This document shows positions 11,898 to 25,001 of a DNA stretch of 64,000 nucleotides, piece by piece. The notes under the pieces were generated by a model. It was not told the DNA's origin, made no database searches, and saw only the letters and a program-made list of their open reading frames with translations. Position 1 is the first letter of the stretch; every line of letters starts with the position of its first letter. Both the position numbers and the translations under genes were made by a program. Source of the stretch: Antechinus flavipes (taxonomy: Eukaryota); assembly GCF_016432865.1 (NCBI RefSeq), contig NC_067399.1, positions 641,824,001 through 641,888,000 of the forward strand. Reading direction: 5' to 3'.

Positions 11898-12989
11898 TAT
11901 GAGAAACAGTGACAATTGAGAGCCACCCTTTGAAGCAAAACAACTTTGGTTCAAATACTTCCTCTGACACATAATGCTGAGGGATTGGCTATGGAGAAGT
12001 CACCACCCCTAGCATCTTGGGCAATTCTCAGAGATTATTATAGATGGTACAGATTTGGAAGGAACACGTGATTTGCTAATCTATGTGAGTGAAGGAGATT
12101 CTGTGCTGCATATATGCAAATTCTACAAATTTGCTAGAAATTGAAGGCAGACTGTTGACTTCTTCTTTATCCTTCCTCCACCTCTATTTGCCCTTCTTCA
12201 GGCTTCTTGCTCTCCATGATTTTTCAGAGATCACTGACAAAGGTTAAGCAATTACATCAGCTTGTTCTTTCAGTTCCCTAGAGTGCAGTTTGTCTTGGTG
12301 ATTTGAACTCAATGAGGGCAACCATGTGCTCTCTTACCATTTCCTTATTCAGGTTTGTTATAAGAAAAAAAGCTAACCATTTTTTAAGAAAGATCATTTC
12401 CTTTGGCGTGGAAAACTTCATAGGTCTAAAGCTAGAAGGGAGCCAGATACTACTGAGTCAAAACTTCTTTTACAGAAGAGGGAACTGAGGCACAGAGAGA
12501 TTAAGTGACTTGTCTAGAATCAAATAACTAGTAGGCACCTGAGGAGAGATTTGAACTAAGGTGTCCCTAATTCTAAGTCCTACCCACTGTACAACTACCT
12601 CTCTAGTCCATAATCATTCTTCTACCTACTCCAAGCAAAAGTTTTCTTCTTTGATTTTTCTTTTGGCAAAGCATGGTTTTTAAAATATTTTTGTTTTCCT
12701 TGACATTCATAGTCAGTTCATTTGAAACATTAACACTCTGACACTATTGTAATAGGACTATGCTACTCCCTTGCATTCATCCTCTATTACCTAACCCAAC
12801 TTCTTTTCATAAGGTTTATGTCCAAGATAACTCAATTGCCTATGCTGTTGGGGGCATGACCATTCAGGACCTAGGAAGCATCTACTTCTCATTCCTAGAG
12901 CTAGAGCATAGTATCATACATTTACTTGGGAAAGAACCTTAGATGTCATTTAGTAAACTAATTCATTTTTGCAGATAAGGAAACTGAGT

Positions 12990-13305
12990 ATGTACAGATA
13001 AGTAGTGCAATAGATAGAACTCAAGAAAGATTCATCTTCGTGAATTCACATCTGGACTCTGACTGAGAAAAAATAATTATGATTTTTATTAATAATAATG
13101 ATGATGTGTGTAATTTATATACTAATAATTTTTCATCAATACTTACTAGATCTGTAACTCTGGGCAAGTCACTTCTTGCCTTAGTTTCCTCATCTAAAAA
13201 ATAACCTGGAGAAGGAAATGGCAGACTATTCCACCATCTTTGCCAAGAAAACCCAAAATGGGATCACAAAGAGTCAAACATGACAAAATGATGACAACAA
13301 AAAAC
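12990..13305 (+). mobile_element. MAR1-type SINE with a ~75 bp AT-rich interruption
   Basis: Head (tagtgcaatagatagaac) and tail (ccaccatctttgccaagaaaacccaaaatgggatcacaaagagtc) are separated by AT-rich sequence at about 13062-13138. Confidence 0.75.
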
Positions 13306-13619
13306 TGAGTTTCAGAGAGGTTAAGTAAGTTGTTTAAGATCACATAAGTGATAGGTAGACTAGCTAGGCTTCGAATTCAGATTTTTCATCTCCATAATCT
13401 GTCACTCTTTTCACTTTATTTTGCTGACTCTAAGATTATAGGATTTTACAAGCTGGGGCATGAGACTAGATAATCAAACCCTTCCTTCCTCACACATTAT
13501 GGAAACTGTGAATTTCGGAGGGTCATAAGTGACTTGCTAAAGGTTATAAATAGTATGTAGAAGGGGCAATATTTGAGTTCTGGGTTTTTTTTTATTCTAT
13601 AGGAATTTGCTTATTTCCA

Positions 13620-13860
13620 GTAGACAGAAATAGGAGCAATGGGTGGAAATCCTGAGAGGCAGATTTAGGTCAGCGTAAGGGTAAATATTTAAAGCTATTT
13701 ATAAGTGGAATGGTCTGCCATGGTAAACAATGAATTCCCTCTCTCTGGAGGTCTTCAATAGAGGCTACATGACCATTTGGTGACATTACAGAAGAAAAGC
13801 TTGATCAGGTTCACATTAGAATAGATAGTCTCTGAAGTTCCTTCTAATGCTAGAATTCTA
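13620..13860 (+). mobile_element. L3/CR1 3' end
   Basis: gaaataggagcaatgggtggaaatcctgagaggcagatttagg...tctctggaggtcttcaatagaggct is typical L3 tail. Confidence 0.75.
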
Positions 13861-15879
13861 GGAACTTCAGGCTTCCCCCCATATAATTTAGCAAGACCCA
13901 TTCTTGGTCCTAGCCTCTAATCAATTCAAGCTGGCATCTCTCATTTTGAGGCAGCCAAGTGGCCTGTGCTGTTTGTTACTTCGTGATAGTAGCTGGCCTG
14001 ACTTCATTAGTGCTTTAATTGGAAATAGTCTTTGAAGACACATAGCTATGCATGACCATGCACTGAGTGTCTCAAGGGTTATTTCTATTTTTTTTATTTC
14101 TGTTGCTGATCAATGCCCTCACCTACTCCTCTTGTTAGTAGTGCAAAGAACATTGGATTTAGAAATCAAAAGACCTGGATTCTGGGCTTGACTTCTTCAC
14201 TTATAAAGGATGTAAATTGGATTGTTTTTTGGTTTGGCATGGGAAATCCTGGTATGGAAACTCCCTCTGCCCATGCAGATCCACAATTATAATCGTGGTT
14301 GTAATTTATAGCCTTAGAGATGGTCCACGGAGAAGTTAAAAAACTTGTTTCTGGTCACATAGCTAGTGTGTGGATGGAATTTTAAGCTATTTCTCATTGA
14401 TAGCAAAATATCCATTGTACCACAAAAATTTCTGAGCTATGTTATATAGAAAACACCAGCAACCCTGTTTATCTCAAAAACTGTTTGTGAGAATGGAATA
14501 GATTGGGAAATAAAGATCTTTGCAATCACAAAGACTCACACTGCCCCCCCCACCCTTCCCTTTTCCCTCATCTATTTTATCCACTTTTCCTTTTTCCTTT
14601 TCCCTTAATCTTTCTCCTTCCCTCATTCTACTCCCTCCCCTCCCCCACCCCCTTCATACTTGTGGCCATCGTGGGTCATGCAAAATGCAACAGTTTAGCC
14701 AGGCCTGGGCAATTATAGCCCTTCTTCCAGTGCACAGCTGCTGTCCTCGGTGCTGAAATAATCAGCAATTCCAGAGTTGACTACCTTGCTGGCCAGCATC
14801 AGAGATAGAGAGGGAGTCTTCCTAGCTGGGGCACACATGTCCCTAATTCAATTAGCTTGCTCCTGAACTTTCCCCTGGGAGGATAGAGCGGAAACTGACA
14901 AATTCGTTTTAACAAAGATATTTTTCTCCCTTCCCCCCTTCCCTCCGCCTTTATGCTTTTGGCTCTGCCCAGCTGTATTCTACTCATTAGTTATCTAACA
15001 AACTGAGTCCAGAGAAATCTGCTTCCATTCACTAGTGACCTGGGAGCCCTGATGCAATTTCCACCCAGATAAGGGTGTCTCCGGCAAAGGTTGGAGTGGA
15101 AACTGCTGGAGCGGAGAAACTCTCTATTCACATAATAGCTTTCATTTTCGTTGGTTATAGTTATATATTTTTATTTCTTTATTTAAATGCACAGACAAAG
15201 ACATTACTTCCCTCCTCCCCAGGAGGGAGAGCTCTCTTCACCAGGTGGTAGAGTAGAGCTGGACTAATTTATACTGTCTCCTCTAGTCCCCTTGGCAATA
15301 TGGAAGCAATAAGCATTCTCCTATCTGGCTCACAGTGGAGAAGGGGCCCTAGTGATGCATTACTTTCTGAGAAAATCATGTCAGTGAGAGCATCCATTGA
15401 TTGGTTAGTAAGGCATGATGTTAGAAGGGAGGGGGTCCAAACTCCATAAGGATTTTTTTCCAATAATGGCAGGGACATCTTGTTGAATAGAAACTGAAGC
15501 TTTAAAATCCTTTCAAGGCAGCTCCATTGGTAAGTACATGGACATGGTTAGACTAGAAACAATGGGACCCTGATAAAGCATAAGCCTATAGCTATTTTTG
15601 TGCCTGGGGGTGGCACTTTTGGACTTTCCAGAGATGTCCTGTTAATGGTGGATATGCTTAAGGTGAGCTTTTATTAACCTTTCTTTAAAACGAATCCAAA
15701 TAAGGCAATCCAGAGGGTCAGGAAGGGAGGAGTCTAAATGCTATGAATATGGAGTGATTTCTCTTTGTCCTCTTCTTCTTTTCCTCCTCATTTTCTTCTT
15801 CTCTTTCTCTTATTCCTTGTCCGCATCCCAATCTACTCTCATCCTCTAATTTTTGCTTTCTATGAGAATGCATTATCCT

Positions 15880-16660
15880 CTTAGTCACTCAGGTATGCAA
15901 CAAGAAATCATTCTTATCTCCCCTCATTCTCCCTCAAGACCTGTATCTAATCAGTTGCCAAGTCTTGTTGATTCTATCTCCATAACATCTCTCAAATCCA
16001 TTCTCTTTTCTCCACTCAGACTGCCACCACTCTAGTTCAGGCCCTCATCACTTCTTGGCTAGACTGCTTTAATAGCTTCCCAATTTCGCTTTCTGCCTCA
16101 AGTGTCTCTTTTCTTCAGCCCATCCTCCACATAACTGTCAAAATACTCTAAGGTGCAGGTTATTCTCTGCTCAGAAACCTTCAGTGGTATCTTTTTTGCC
16201 TCTAGGGTGAAATACACCCCTCTCTACATCTTAATATTTAAAGTTTTCCAAAAACCTGGCCTCCTCTTAACTGCTTTAGCCTTATTTCACATTCCTCCTG
16301 TCTACATAATCTACATTTCAGTGAAACTCAACCTGTTCCCCCAATACTATTTTCTACTTCTGTGTATTCACAAAACTGTCATTATTATGTTTCATCTTTT
16401 AGTCTTTTTAATTTTCTCAGCTTGAGTATTTCAATTTTCCCAATGAAACATTACTGGAAGCCTAAAGTTGTTAGTAGTATCTTGCCTATCAACTAACTTG
16501 CATCTATGTTTCTGTGTACATGTTCCCTCCCTCGTTAGAAGGCAAACTCCTGAGAATGGGAACTATTTCATCTTTATATTTATATCTTTCCCCCCCCTTT
16601 CCCATGCCTAACACAATGCCTTGCACATAGTAGGTGTCTGGTGAATATTTGTTGAATTAA
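15880..16660 (+). mobile_element. L2 LINE 3' fragment
   Basis: ctagttcaggccctcatcacttcttggctagactgctttaatagcttcc...cacatagtaggtgtctggtgaatatttgttgaatt is the L2 3' terminus. Confidence 0.8.
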
Positions 16661-17585
16661 ATTCCTTATTTTATCAGTCATTTTCCATTTTTCTTTCTCT
16701 TCCATATCTTTTTCTTTTCTCCTCATTTTGTTTAGCCAGCATTGTTATCCTCTTCACCCTCCTTCCCATTTATAGTCTTCTTTTTTATCTTTCCCTCTTC
16801 TTTTTCCACCTCCTCCTTTCAGTATCAATTGTTCTATAAGCTTCCTCATCTGTAAAATGGCTTTTAGAATTAGATAGTCTCTATGTTCCCTTCCATCTCT
16901 AATTTGATACTCTATAAACTAGAATGGAGAGGGACTGGGGTGAGAATTATTACAGGGAGGCAGATCTCACTTTAATAAATGAAACAATGAAGTATCCACT
17001 GATTGATGGATGAGTGATTATTACTCTTCAAGAGCTGGCAACCTAGAAGTCTTTAAGAGTGGATGATTCCAACCAAAAAGTCTTAAGCAAGGATTTCTGC
17101 ATTGGGTAGGATGATCTCTGATGTGCCTCACATTTTCCATCTTCTGAAATTAGAGATTATTCTGTTTTCTGGAAGTATAGCATAAACTCTTTGAGGAAAG
17201 CAACTTCAATTTTTTCCTCTGTGTATCTCTAGTACCTAGCATCGTACCTGGCATACAAGAGGTATTTAACAAATGCTAATTGTTTCACATTTATTTCTCC
17301 TCCCCCTCCAAAGTCCCTAACTAGGACCTTAGGTTTCTCATCTTACTCCTATTCTGAGAGAAACCACTTTCTGCTGGAGTGAGAACAACTGATTATATGC
17401 CCCCTCTCAGAGATGATTGCCTTATGAAGGAAGTGTTGGGGCAGGGGAAAACATCAAATTCCAATGGGAAAAGCTTTAATGAAAGGGAGAAGAAGATTTT
17501 TGAGGGAAGAGTATATAATTCTGGAAGTCATTCTGGGTGGGGCCTTTTTGCTTTCCCTAAATCAATTCATGTAGGTACTACCTAC

Positions 17586-17687
17586 TTTGTCAGCTCCATC
17601 AGAGTCCATGCTGTTCCCAGAGGTATTTCCTTTGTGTTGGAGCCTGGAGCCCTCCTCCAGCAACTTGGCTCTAGAATCAGTTTCCAT
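17586..17687 (-). CDS. Candidate alternative CCDC33 first coding exon: METDSRAKLLEEGSRLQHKGNTSGNSMDSDGADK
   Basis: Good Kozak context (GAGATGG), an in-frame stop just upstream, 34 codons ending AAA|gtaggt in phase 0. No transcript evidence. Confidence 0.25.
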
Positions 17688-17713
17688 CTCTTGATGTCAT
17701 AGTGGGTGGAAGA

Positions 17714-17847
17714 NNNNNNNNNNNNNNNNNNNNNNNNNNNNNNNNNNNNNNNNNNNNNNNNNNNNNNNNNNNNNNNNNNNNNNNNNNNNNNNNNNNNNNN
17801 NNNNNNNNNNNNNNNNNNNNNNNNNNNNNNNNNNNNNNNNNNNNNNN
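17714..17847. other. Assembly gap (134 N)
   Basis: Run of n. Confidence 1.
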
Positions 17848-19087
17848 TCTATCCTTGATGAGAGTTCAGTCCTGGGAGTTCATGGATCTGTGGGTTTGGG
17901 GTGGAATCTCAGAGTCTGGCAACGGTAGTGCTTCACAAATCATTCAGTTTATTTCTCTGCATTCAGGAAAGATGACACAATATCCTGGACCTGTATCTAA
18001 GGAAATGAATGTCCATCTAGTATGGAAATAGTCTACTGGTTTGTGTTTGGAAATTTTTTGAGCTCTGGCCTGGGATTACTAGATATGGATTTGAAAAATA
18101 AATCATAAAATACTATAGTAAAACTCTCCTTCCTCCTCCACTCAACATCAAGAAAATGCCAGCAGACTGTTTTTTTTTTTACTCACCCACTCTCTACAGA
18201 GAGCTTTGAAAGCAGTTTGGGGGAAACACTAGGGCATTTCTTACAAATAGAATCAGAATCCATCATACTCTTCTAAGAAGTGAAGGTAAAAGGGAGAAGC
18301 TAGCCCTAATTCCAAGAGTGGAGCAACCAATGGACAATCTCATGCTGAGGAGTTTCTAAAGCAAACATAGACCCCAGTACAAGATAAATACCTATACTCC
18401 ATAATGAAAATAATAATAAGCAGCAACTGTACTTTCTAGGAATCAGGTGATGTGGGTTCTGACACATTAATTATGTGCGTTTAGGGAATTCATTTCAGTC
18501 CAAGCCTGAGATGGCCAAAATAGCCTGTCTTCCATTATAACCAACAGGGGACAGAACATCTCAAACAAAGAAAAATTACCTCAAAAAATAAGGGGAAAGT
18601 ATAACATTAGTACCAAATATAAAGGAGCTGGATAACATACCGAGAGAGAGGACTGAAAGGTATACATGTTTGAAGATAAATTTTATATATAATACAGAAT
18701 GTCTCAAGAAATGCATATATACACACGTGTATATGTACGAAATGTGTACAGCACAGTGATGGTGTCGAGAACTTGTAGAATCCCGAAGTACCATCTGCAT
18801 CATCAAAAAGATGGTTAGGTTTGGGAAATAGTTCAGTGTTTCTGTGTACATGTGAATGCTTGTACATGTGTCTGTAAGAACGTGTATGCCTTTGTATACA
18901 TTTATTAGGAATATGAAATACATCTCTACATTTGTATCTTAGTATGAGAGTGTAAATATTTATATGTGTATAAATAAGCATGTTAATGAGGATTGTGCAT
19001 ATATGCAAATGTGAGGCGAGACTTGTGTGTCAATTTTTGAATGCATGTTTATAGACATATTTTTTGGATATTTGTATAATGCATAAG

Positions 19088-19089
<2 letters not shown>

Positions 19090-19128
<39 letters not shown>
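19090..19128. repeat. (TG)n microsatellite
   Basis: Read directly. Confidence 0.98.
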
Positions 19129-19132
<4 letters not shown>

Positions 19133-20714
19133 GTATCCTGCACGAGTGTGTGGTTCATGAATGCTCTTCCAAGGGACTAGAATTATCCCTAGTGTCATTG
19201 TCCTAAAAGCCCACCCCCACCCTGGATAGCCTTTCTTCTTTGAGATTCCTCCAGGAAAGGGCTGTGTCTGCAGGGGGGCTGGGGGTTGGCTATGGGAGGG
19301 AAGAAAGCAGCGAAGAGCTAAAATCACAAGTCCCAGATCAAAACAGTCATCAGTGAAATGAATTGGGCAGCATTTTCCCACATGACTAGGAGGGATAATT
19401 TAGTGAGGCCGCCAGCTGGAAGGAAAGGGATTAATTCTGCACTTAGAGCTGGTCCTGTGAATAATTCATCACATGGAGACCCCCTTGTGCCCAGACCCCT
19501 GGGCAATTATGCCAAGTACTGGCCAGACCTCTCTCCTCTTCCCCATTTCCCCATCACTGCCGACTTGAACGACCAACTAGTGTTCCTTAAAGGTGAAAGA
19601 AAGTACAGACTCCAATATGCTCCCAGGAGACTCCTGGATATTTGTGGGGAGGTAGAGGGAAAGAGGAGAAAGAGCTGATCCAAAACCAGACTGCACTCCA
19701 AGAGAAGAGTGTCCTTAATTCTAGGTTACAATCAGAAGCAGCCTGAAGCAAAGCTGGGAATTGGGCCAAGTCTGTGCTTGGTATTCTCCTCTCCCATTTC
19801 TGCATCTCTTCCCTTGCAGAATCTCTACTTAGACTCCTTAGGCAGCCCTGGACAGTTGAGGGAGAAGAGTTCATTTACCTTGGAGGCAATCCAATGAATG
19901 CCCTCTTCTGAGAGAAATCACCCAGAGAGGGTAATTTTGAACTGAGAGGCAGTATAGTGTAAAGAGTAGAACTCTGGATTTGGTATCAGGAATACTTGGA
20001 TTGAAATCCTGTACTGGCTGTGTGACTCTAGCAAGCCACCTGAGCCTCAGTTTCTTTATTTGTGAAATGGGGAGATGGACTTTAAAGTTTTCTAAGACTT
20101 CTTCCCACTCTTAATCTAAGATCTTATGGTCCAGTGTAAATGGTGTTAATGGGAGGATTTTATGATCAGGGAGGGATGCTTTGTTGGACCAGAGATTCCT
20201 CTTGGGCCACCTTTCACATTACTGTGTATAAGTGACTTCCTCTTTTACTTCATAGAAAGGCCTTGCTTCCTATCTAACCACAACATTGACAAATTGCCTG
20301 AAGAATCCTGAGAGGAAGCACTGTGAGCTGGGAAGGCTAAACTGCCCAGCGCTTGGGAACAGCAAGTCTGTCTAGGTTTTGAGTTTGGGGTTTCTTTAGA
20401 CCCCAATTTTTCTCTACCTTATCCTGACATCATCAGGGCTATTCTGAAGGTGGATTTATGCATGGACTAAAGATGGACAGAGTGAAAAAAAATTCAACCA
20501 AACAACTGTTTGCTGGATATTTGGGTTTCTCTACATGTCAATATTAAAAATAGTTCCTTAACAATTTAAATGGATTTATCACCCTCTATCCAATAACCAA
20601 TTGTTTTGGTGAGAAGCAGATAAGTTTTGAAGCATTAGCTCAAGCAAAGGACTCACTCTCAATCATCATTGGAATACAAATTCAGATTTGAAAGGGGACT
20701 TCAGAGATCATTGA

Positions 20715-20915
20715 ACACAGGAATTTTTGAGTCTTCTTGTGTCCTGGGTTCTGTTGGCAGTGTCTGGTGAAACTTTGGCTCCTTTCTCAAAATAATGTTT
20801 TTAAATGCATAACATAATAACAGGATTACAAAGGAAAATAATTCTAAAATGGTGAAATATAGTTCTTAAAATATTTTTAAATGCTAAGTTCATGGACCTC
20901 AAGTAAGGAACCCCA
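20715..20915. mobile_element. hAT-type non-autonomous DNA transposon (MITE) relic; similar copies at about 6470-6625, 10690-10880 and 59490-59665
   Basis: Shared internal motif tttttaaatgcataa...ggattacaaaggaaa...aatatttttaaa...ttcatggacc and ends resembling cagg..ttcttaac. Exact family not determined. Confidence 0.5.
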
Positions 20916-22327
20916 GATCTAGTCCATTCCAGAAGTGAGTAGGAATCTCCTCTATCATGTCCTTCCAGGTGCTCATTCACTCTCATTCATTTATTCAATA
21001 TAATTTTTGTTGCATTAGCATGACTCCTTGGGTGACTTTGAGCCTCTCACATTCTAAACTAGATACTTGCAGCCCCATAGATTGCACTATGGGGAGCTGA
21101 GAACTGTTGCTCAATCATCTGGGTCAGTCCAAAGGTATTTAGAAATCTCCTGTTGTAGTGTGATGCCATTGGGTGCAAGAATAAAGAGAGAGCAAAAAAG
21201 TAGTCCCAGTCCTCAGAGTAAGAGTTGCTTCCTGGTAACATACCTTTTGTATATTATCTCAGGACCCCCACAACACTCCTGTTAATGGACTCCAGATAGT
21301 CCATTATTTAGCAGGCTTATCTTGCACATTCTGATAGGGAAGCCCAAAGAATAACCTGTCCAATCACATTGCTAGTTAGTGACAGATCCAAGTCTTGACC
21401 AATCTGGATAGTCATAGAGGTAGGGTGCACACTTTAAAATGAGAACAAGATAATTAAGGCTGAACAAATGCATTCACTTTTATTTTCCATCTATTTTTGG
21501 TACATAGTGTCTCCTCCTATAGAATGTAAGTTTTTTGAGGACAGATAATATCTTTGTACCCACAGAGCCTATCGGAATGCTTAGCACATAGTATGTGTAC
21601 AAATTAGTACATGTGCTATTAATACAAATAATGAATCCTCTGAAGTGATTGTAGGTATTCAAATTCACACTATTTGAAGTGATAATTATATAAAAATGGA
21701 CATTGGTTCCAGCCCAATGGAAATATGTAGGGGGATTTGAACAATGTACCACTTCGGAGGAATCATTGTTTCTATAAGTCTGGAACTAGCAGTAGATACT
21801 TAAATAAATGTGTATTAATTGGCTGGTTAACTGGCTATGATTGAAGTGCATCACAGCAAAATTGGGAGAACCGAGGTAGTTTGGAGTATAGATTCAAAGT
21901 GGTGGGGAATCCGTTTGAGGTAATCTATCATTGCTTCATAGGGGAAGATCACAGGAATGGAGAAAGTAAGAAAATGTCCTAGGTAAGCATAAAATACTAC
22001 TACCTCTATTGCAGTTTAAACATTGGTCCTACTCAGGTACCCCTGTGGAAATATTCCTTGGTAGCACTGAATCTAGATTTATGGTTTAAATTTAAGGAGA
22101 CTCCCAGATCTAGGCTTTCCTTCCCTCTTAACTTACCTTCTCATCCTATTATTTCTGTGTTTTGGTCTCTGGGACTTTATCATTGTCTGGGATACTTCTA
22201 ACTTATGCAACATGCCCCTTCTCACTTCCCTCCACCTTTGAGCAACCCCCCAAAAATAGTAAAGAAGGGTCAACAGCAGTGAGTCTTATTCAATGTCTTG
22301 TCTTAGAAAAAAATCACTTGGTCTTAC

Positions 22328-22399
22328 CTCTGAGGAAAGCACTTGGAAAGAAAGGTTAACAGTAAGTGTTCCACCCGAAATCGCTTTCAGCTTAGTTTT
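22328..22399 (-). CDS. CCDC33: CCDC33 coding exon h (phase 0 to 0): KTKLKAISGGTLTVNLSFQVLSSE
   Basis: Acceptor ctctctcctttatttcccag|AAA and donor GAG|gtaaga. Matches recalled human [24 protein letters not shown]. Confidence 0.94.
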
Positions 22400-23699
22400 C
22401 TGGGAAATAAAGGAGAGAGTATCAGTTCATCTAAGTCAGCACCATGTTTTCTGTCAGGACCAGCCCCTCACCCTTTCTCTCAGTTGAAATAAAGGGAGTG
22501 GTTTCTAAAGTAGCATGGAAATTTGATTGTTTGGTGAAATACCTCTTTTTCACCTTTATTTTCCAATTGGTGAAACAGGAAGAACTCACTCTGTTAAGTA
22601 GAAGGGAAAGCAGGATCATGGAGAGGCATCAGAAAATAGCTTCCATGTCCCATGATCCTGCCTCCATTTCATGTGATAAGGTTCTGGGAGCTTATAAACA
22701 AGGAGCAGCTTCTCATAGAATCTCAAAGTTGACTGGAACTTCACATGTTCAATTTCTACTTTACTTCTATTAATTCGATCTCTCACGATATACTGTCTAT
22801 GTATTATGGTCAATATGATCAAAATTCACTCCATTTTTGGACAGCTCTGAGTGGCTGAAAATTTGCCTTTTATAGGCTCAAAGATCTATGTCTCTGCAGT
22901 TTTTTGCTCACTGCATCCTAATTTTAGCCTCTGGGCCAAGTAAAGCAAACCTGATTCTTCCTCTGGAAGGAAGTCCTTCAAATATTTGAAGATCACTATC
23001 ATACCTCCCCTGTGGCTTCTCTTCTCCGGGCTTTACATCCTTAGCTCTTTCAACTATCATTTAAGATATTTTTATGTCTCCCTGCTCATCCCAGTTCTGA
23101 TATTAACAGATAATAATCATATTAATAGCTACCATTGATATAAGGTTGGCAGAAAGCTTTAGATATGTTCATTCATTTAGCCACCTCTGAGATCTTGGGC
23201 AAAGCTCTTAACCTTTTTTCCTTTAGAAAGAAAGGGTCAAACTGACTAGTCTTTAAGGTCTCTTTCACTGATCTCTGGGATTCTCCATCTTGTCAAAGTC
23301 CTTCCTAAATTTGATCTCTTTCACTGATCACACTTCAACTGCCATTGATCTAAGGGGACTTCCTTCATACTGTTACTCATTTTTAAAAAAACTTTATAGA
23401 TACTATCTCATTTGAATTAAAATCATGGCTAGTATTCTTGACTTGGATTCAGGAAAACCTGAGTTTGAATTTGTCTCAAGTGATTACTAGGTATGGGACC
23501 CTAAGCAAATCATTGAACTTTCAGCTTCAGTTTTTTCATCTGTAAAATGGAGATAATAAGCTACTTCCCAGGATTATTGTAAGGCTTAAATGAGATCTAT
23601 GCATAAAATACTTTGTAAACCTTAACAATGTTATGTAATTGTTATGTTTTATTATACATAATATCATCATATAATATGATAATTTATAGTTTTATATAT

Positions 23700-23961
23700 A
23701 AGCAGTAGTAGTAGTTACTGTAGTAGTAGGTAGTCTATAGTAGTAGTAAGTTACTGCAGTAGTAGGTAGTCTATAGTAGTAGTGGGAGGAGGAGGAGGAG
23801 AAGAGGAGGATTTGGTGGTAATAGTGGTAGTAGGAGGAGGAGAAGGAGGAGAAAGAGGAAGAGGGATGGTAGTAGGAGTAGTAATAGGATGGGGTAGTAT
23901 TAGTAGTAATAATAATCATAATAGTAGTAGTAGTAATAGCAGCAGCGGCGGCAGCAGCAAC

Positions 23962-24003
<42 letters not shown>

Positions 24004-24030
24004 CTCATATAGGACCAGGTAGTAGTAGTA
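23700..24030. repeat. Compound (TAG)n/(GAG)n/(CAG)n low-complexity tract
   Basis: Read directly; includes a duplicated ~36 bp unit gttactg.agtagtaggtagtctatagtagtagt. Confidence 0.95.
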
Positions 24031-25001
24031 GGCGTTAGTAGGGGGAGGAAGAAGGGGTGACAGTAAGAGTTGTAGGAGTAGATCCCTTACCCTTCACCTT
24101 TTAGCCTCTTTCCTGATATCTTCTTATTATTTCCCCCTCACTGATCCCAGTTCTGCCCTCTGGGCCATACAGAACAAAACTAATCAATCCCTCTGACTCC
24201 TGATACCCCAAGCTAAATATTCCCAAGACACACATAGAGACTGGAAGTGACAAGATTCAAACCTCATAGGTCTCTTATTTTTCATATACCACAAAGACGC
24301 TATACCTTTTGGTAAGATTGTCCAATCAGCCCTAGGATCAATTTCATTATATCATGGTTCACCCACATCATGTCAACCAGGACACCATGAGTTATTTAAT
24401 CATATACTCAACTGAAATTCTACTATTTCCTTTTCTCTACCTCTTCATGATCTGACAAAGATGTTTTTCTCCCATCTGTTATGTTCTCCAGCCTCTGATC
24501 TCTCTTCCCACCCAAATTAATATGAACAAATGTCCAATAAAAGGAAGCTCTACTACATAATTAGAACCTCTAGCTTTTCCTTTTTAGGTTTAGGAGTTGG
24601 CTCCCTTCCATCAAGGTTTATCATAAAATCATAGATTTAAAACTGGAAGTTTTAAACTGGACCATATTTTGCCTCATTTTGCAGTGAGGAAAATAAAGCC
24701 CTAAAAGGTTAAATGCTTCACCCAAGGGCTTTATACATGGTTCCCCTGACTCCAGAGTTGTAAGCCTCATGTCTAAAATGGTAATACCTAAATCTCCTAC
24801 TACATTGGAATTTGTGAAAACTGAGTGAGAATCTGACAGAAAATGATTGGGAGGTAGAAGAGCTTTGAAACGTAGAGAGACAAACACTTGTGAAACAGGG
24901 TTCAAATATCTCCATTGCCTATCTCCATTCTTTTGCCCAGGCTTTGTATTCTCTCCTTGGCCTAATAGAATTCCTTATTTCCTTTAAAAGTTCAGCTCCA
25001 G

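Larger units (their letters stand above)
9400..12360 (-). mobile_element. Fragmented L3/CR1 element (pieces at about 9400-9530, 10540-10690, 11170-11640, 12170-12360) split by younger insertions
   Basis: The reverse complement near 11475-11505 translates LYLDFSKSFE. The pieces are collinear across the L1s, a MITE and microsatellites. Confidence 0.7.

Noticed and set aside
15269-15478. 69-codon minus ORF MSLPLLEKNPYGV... in the large intron
   Set aside because: The only phase-0 donor (ACA|gtataa) is poor, and I recognise no homology.
19587-19874. 95-codon minus ORF and overlapping plus ORFs
   Set aside because: No recognisable domain and no compatible splice sites with the CCDC33 frame.
22590-22683. 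Exon-like 94 nt segment (ctcccag|...|gtgagt) just upstream of exon h
   Set aside because: Frame-shifting with an immediate stop, and indistinguishable from a chance cryptic pair.
23692-24012. ORFs rich in Y/S/G/V
   Set aside because: Translations of the TAG/GAG/CAG microsatellite.
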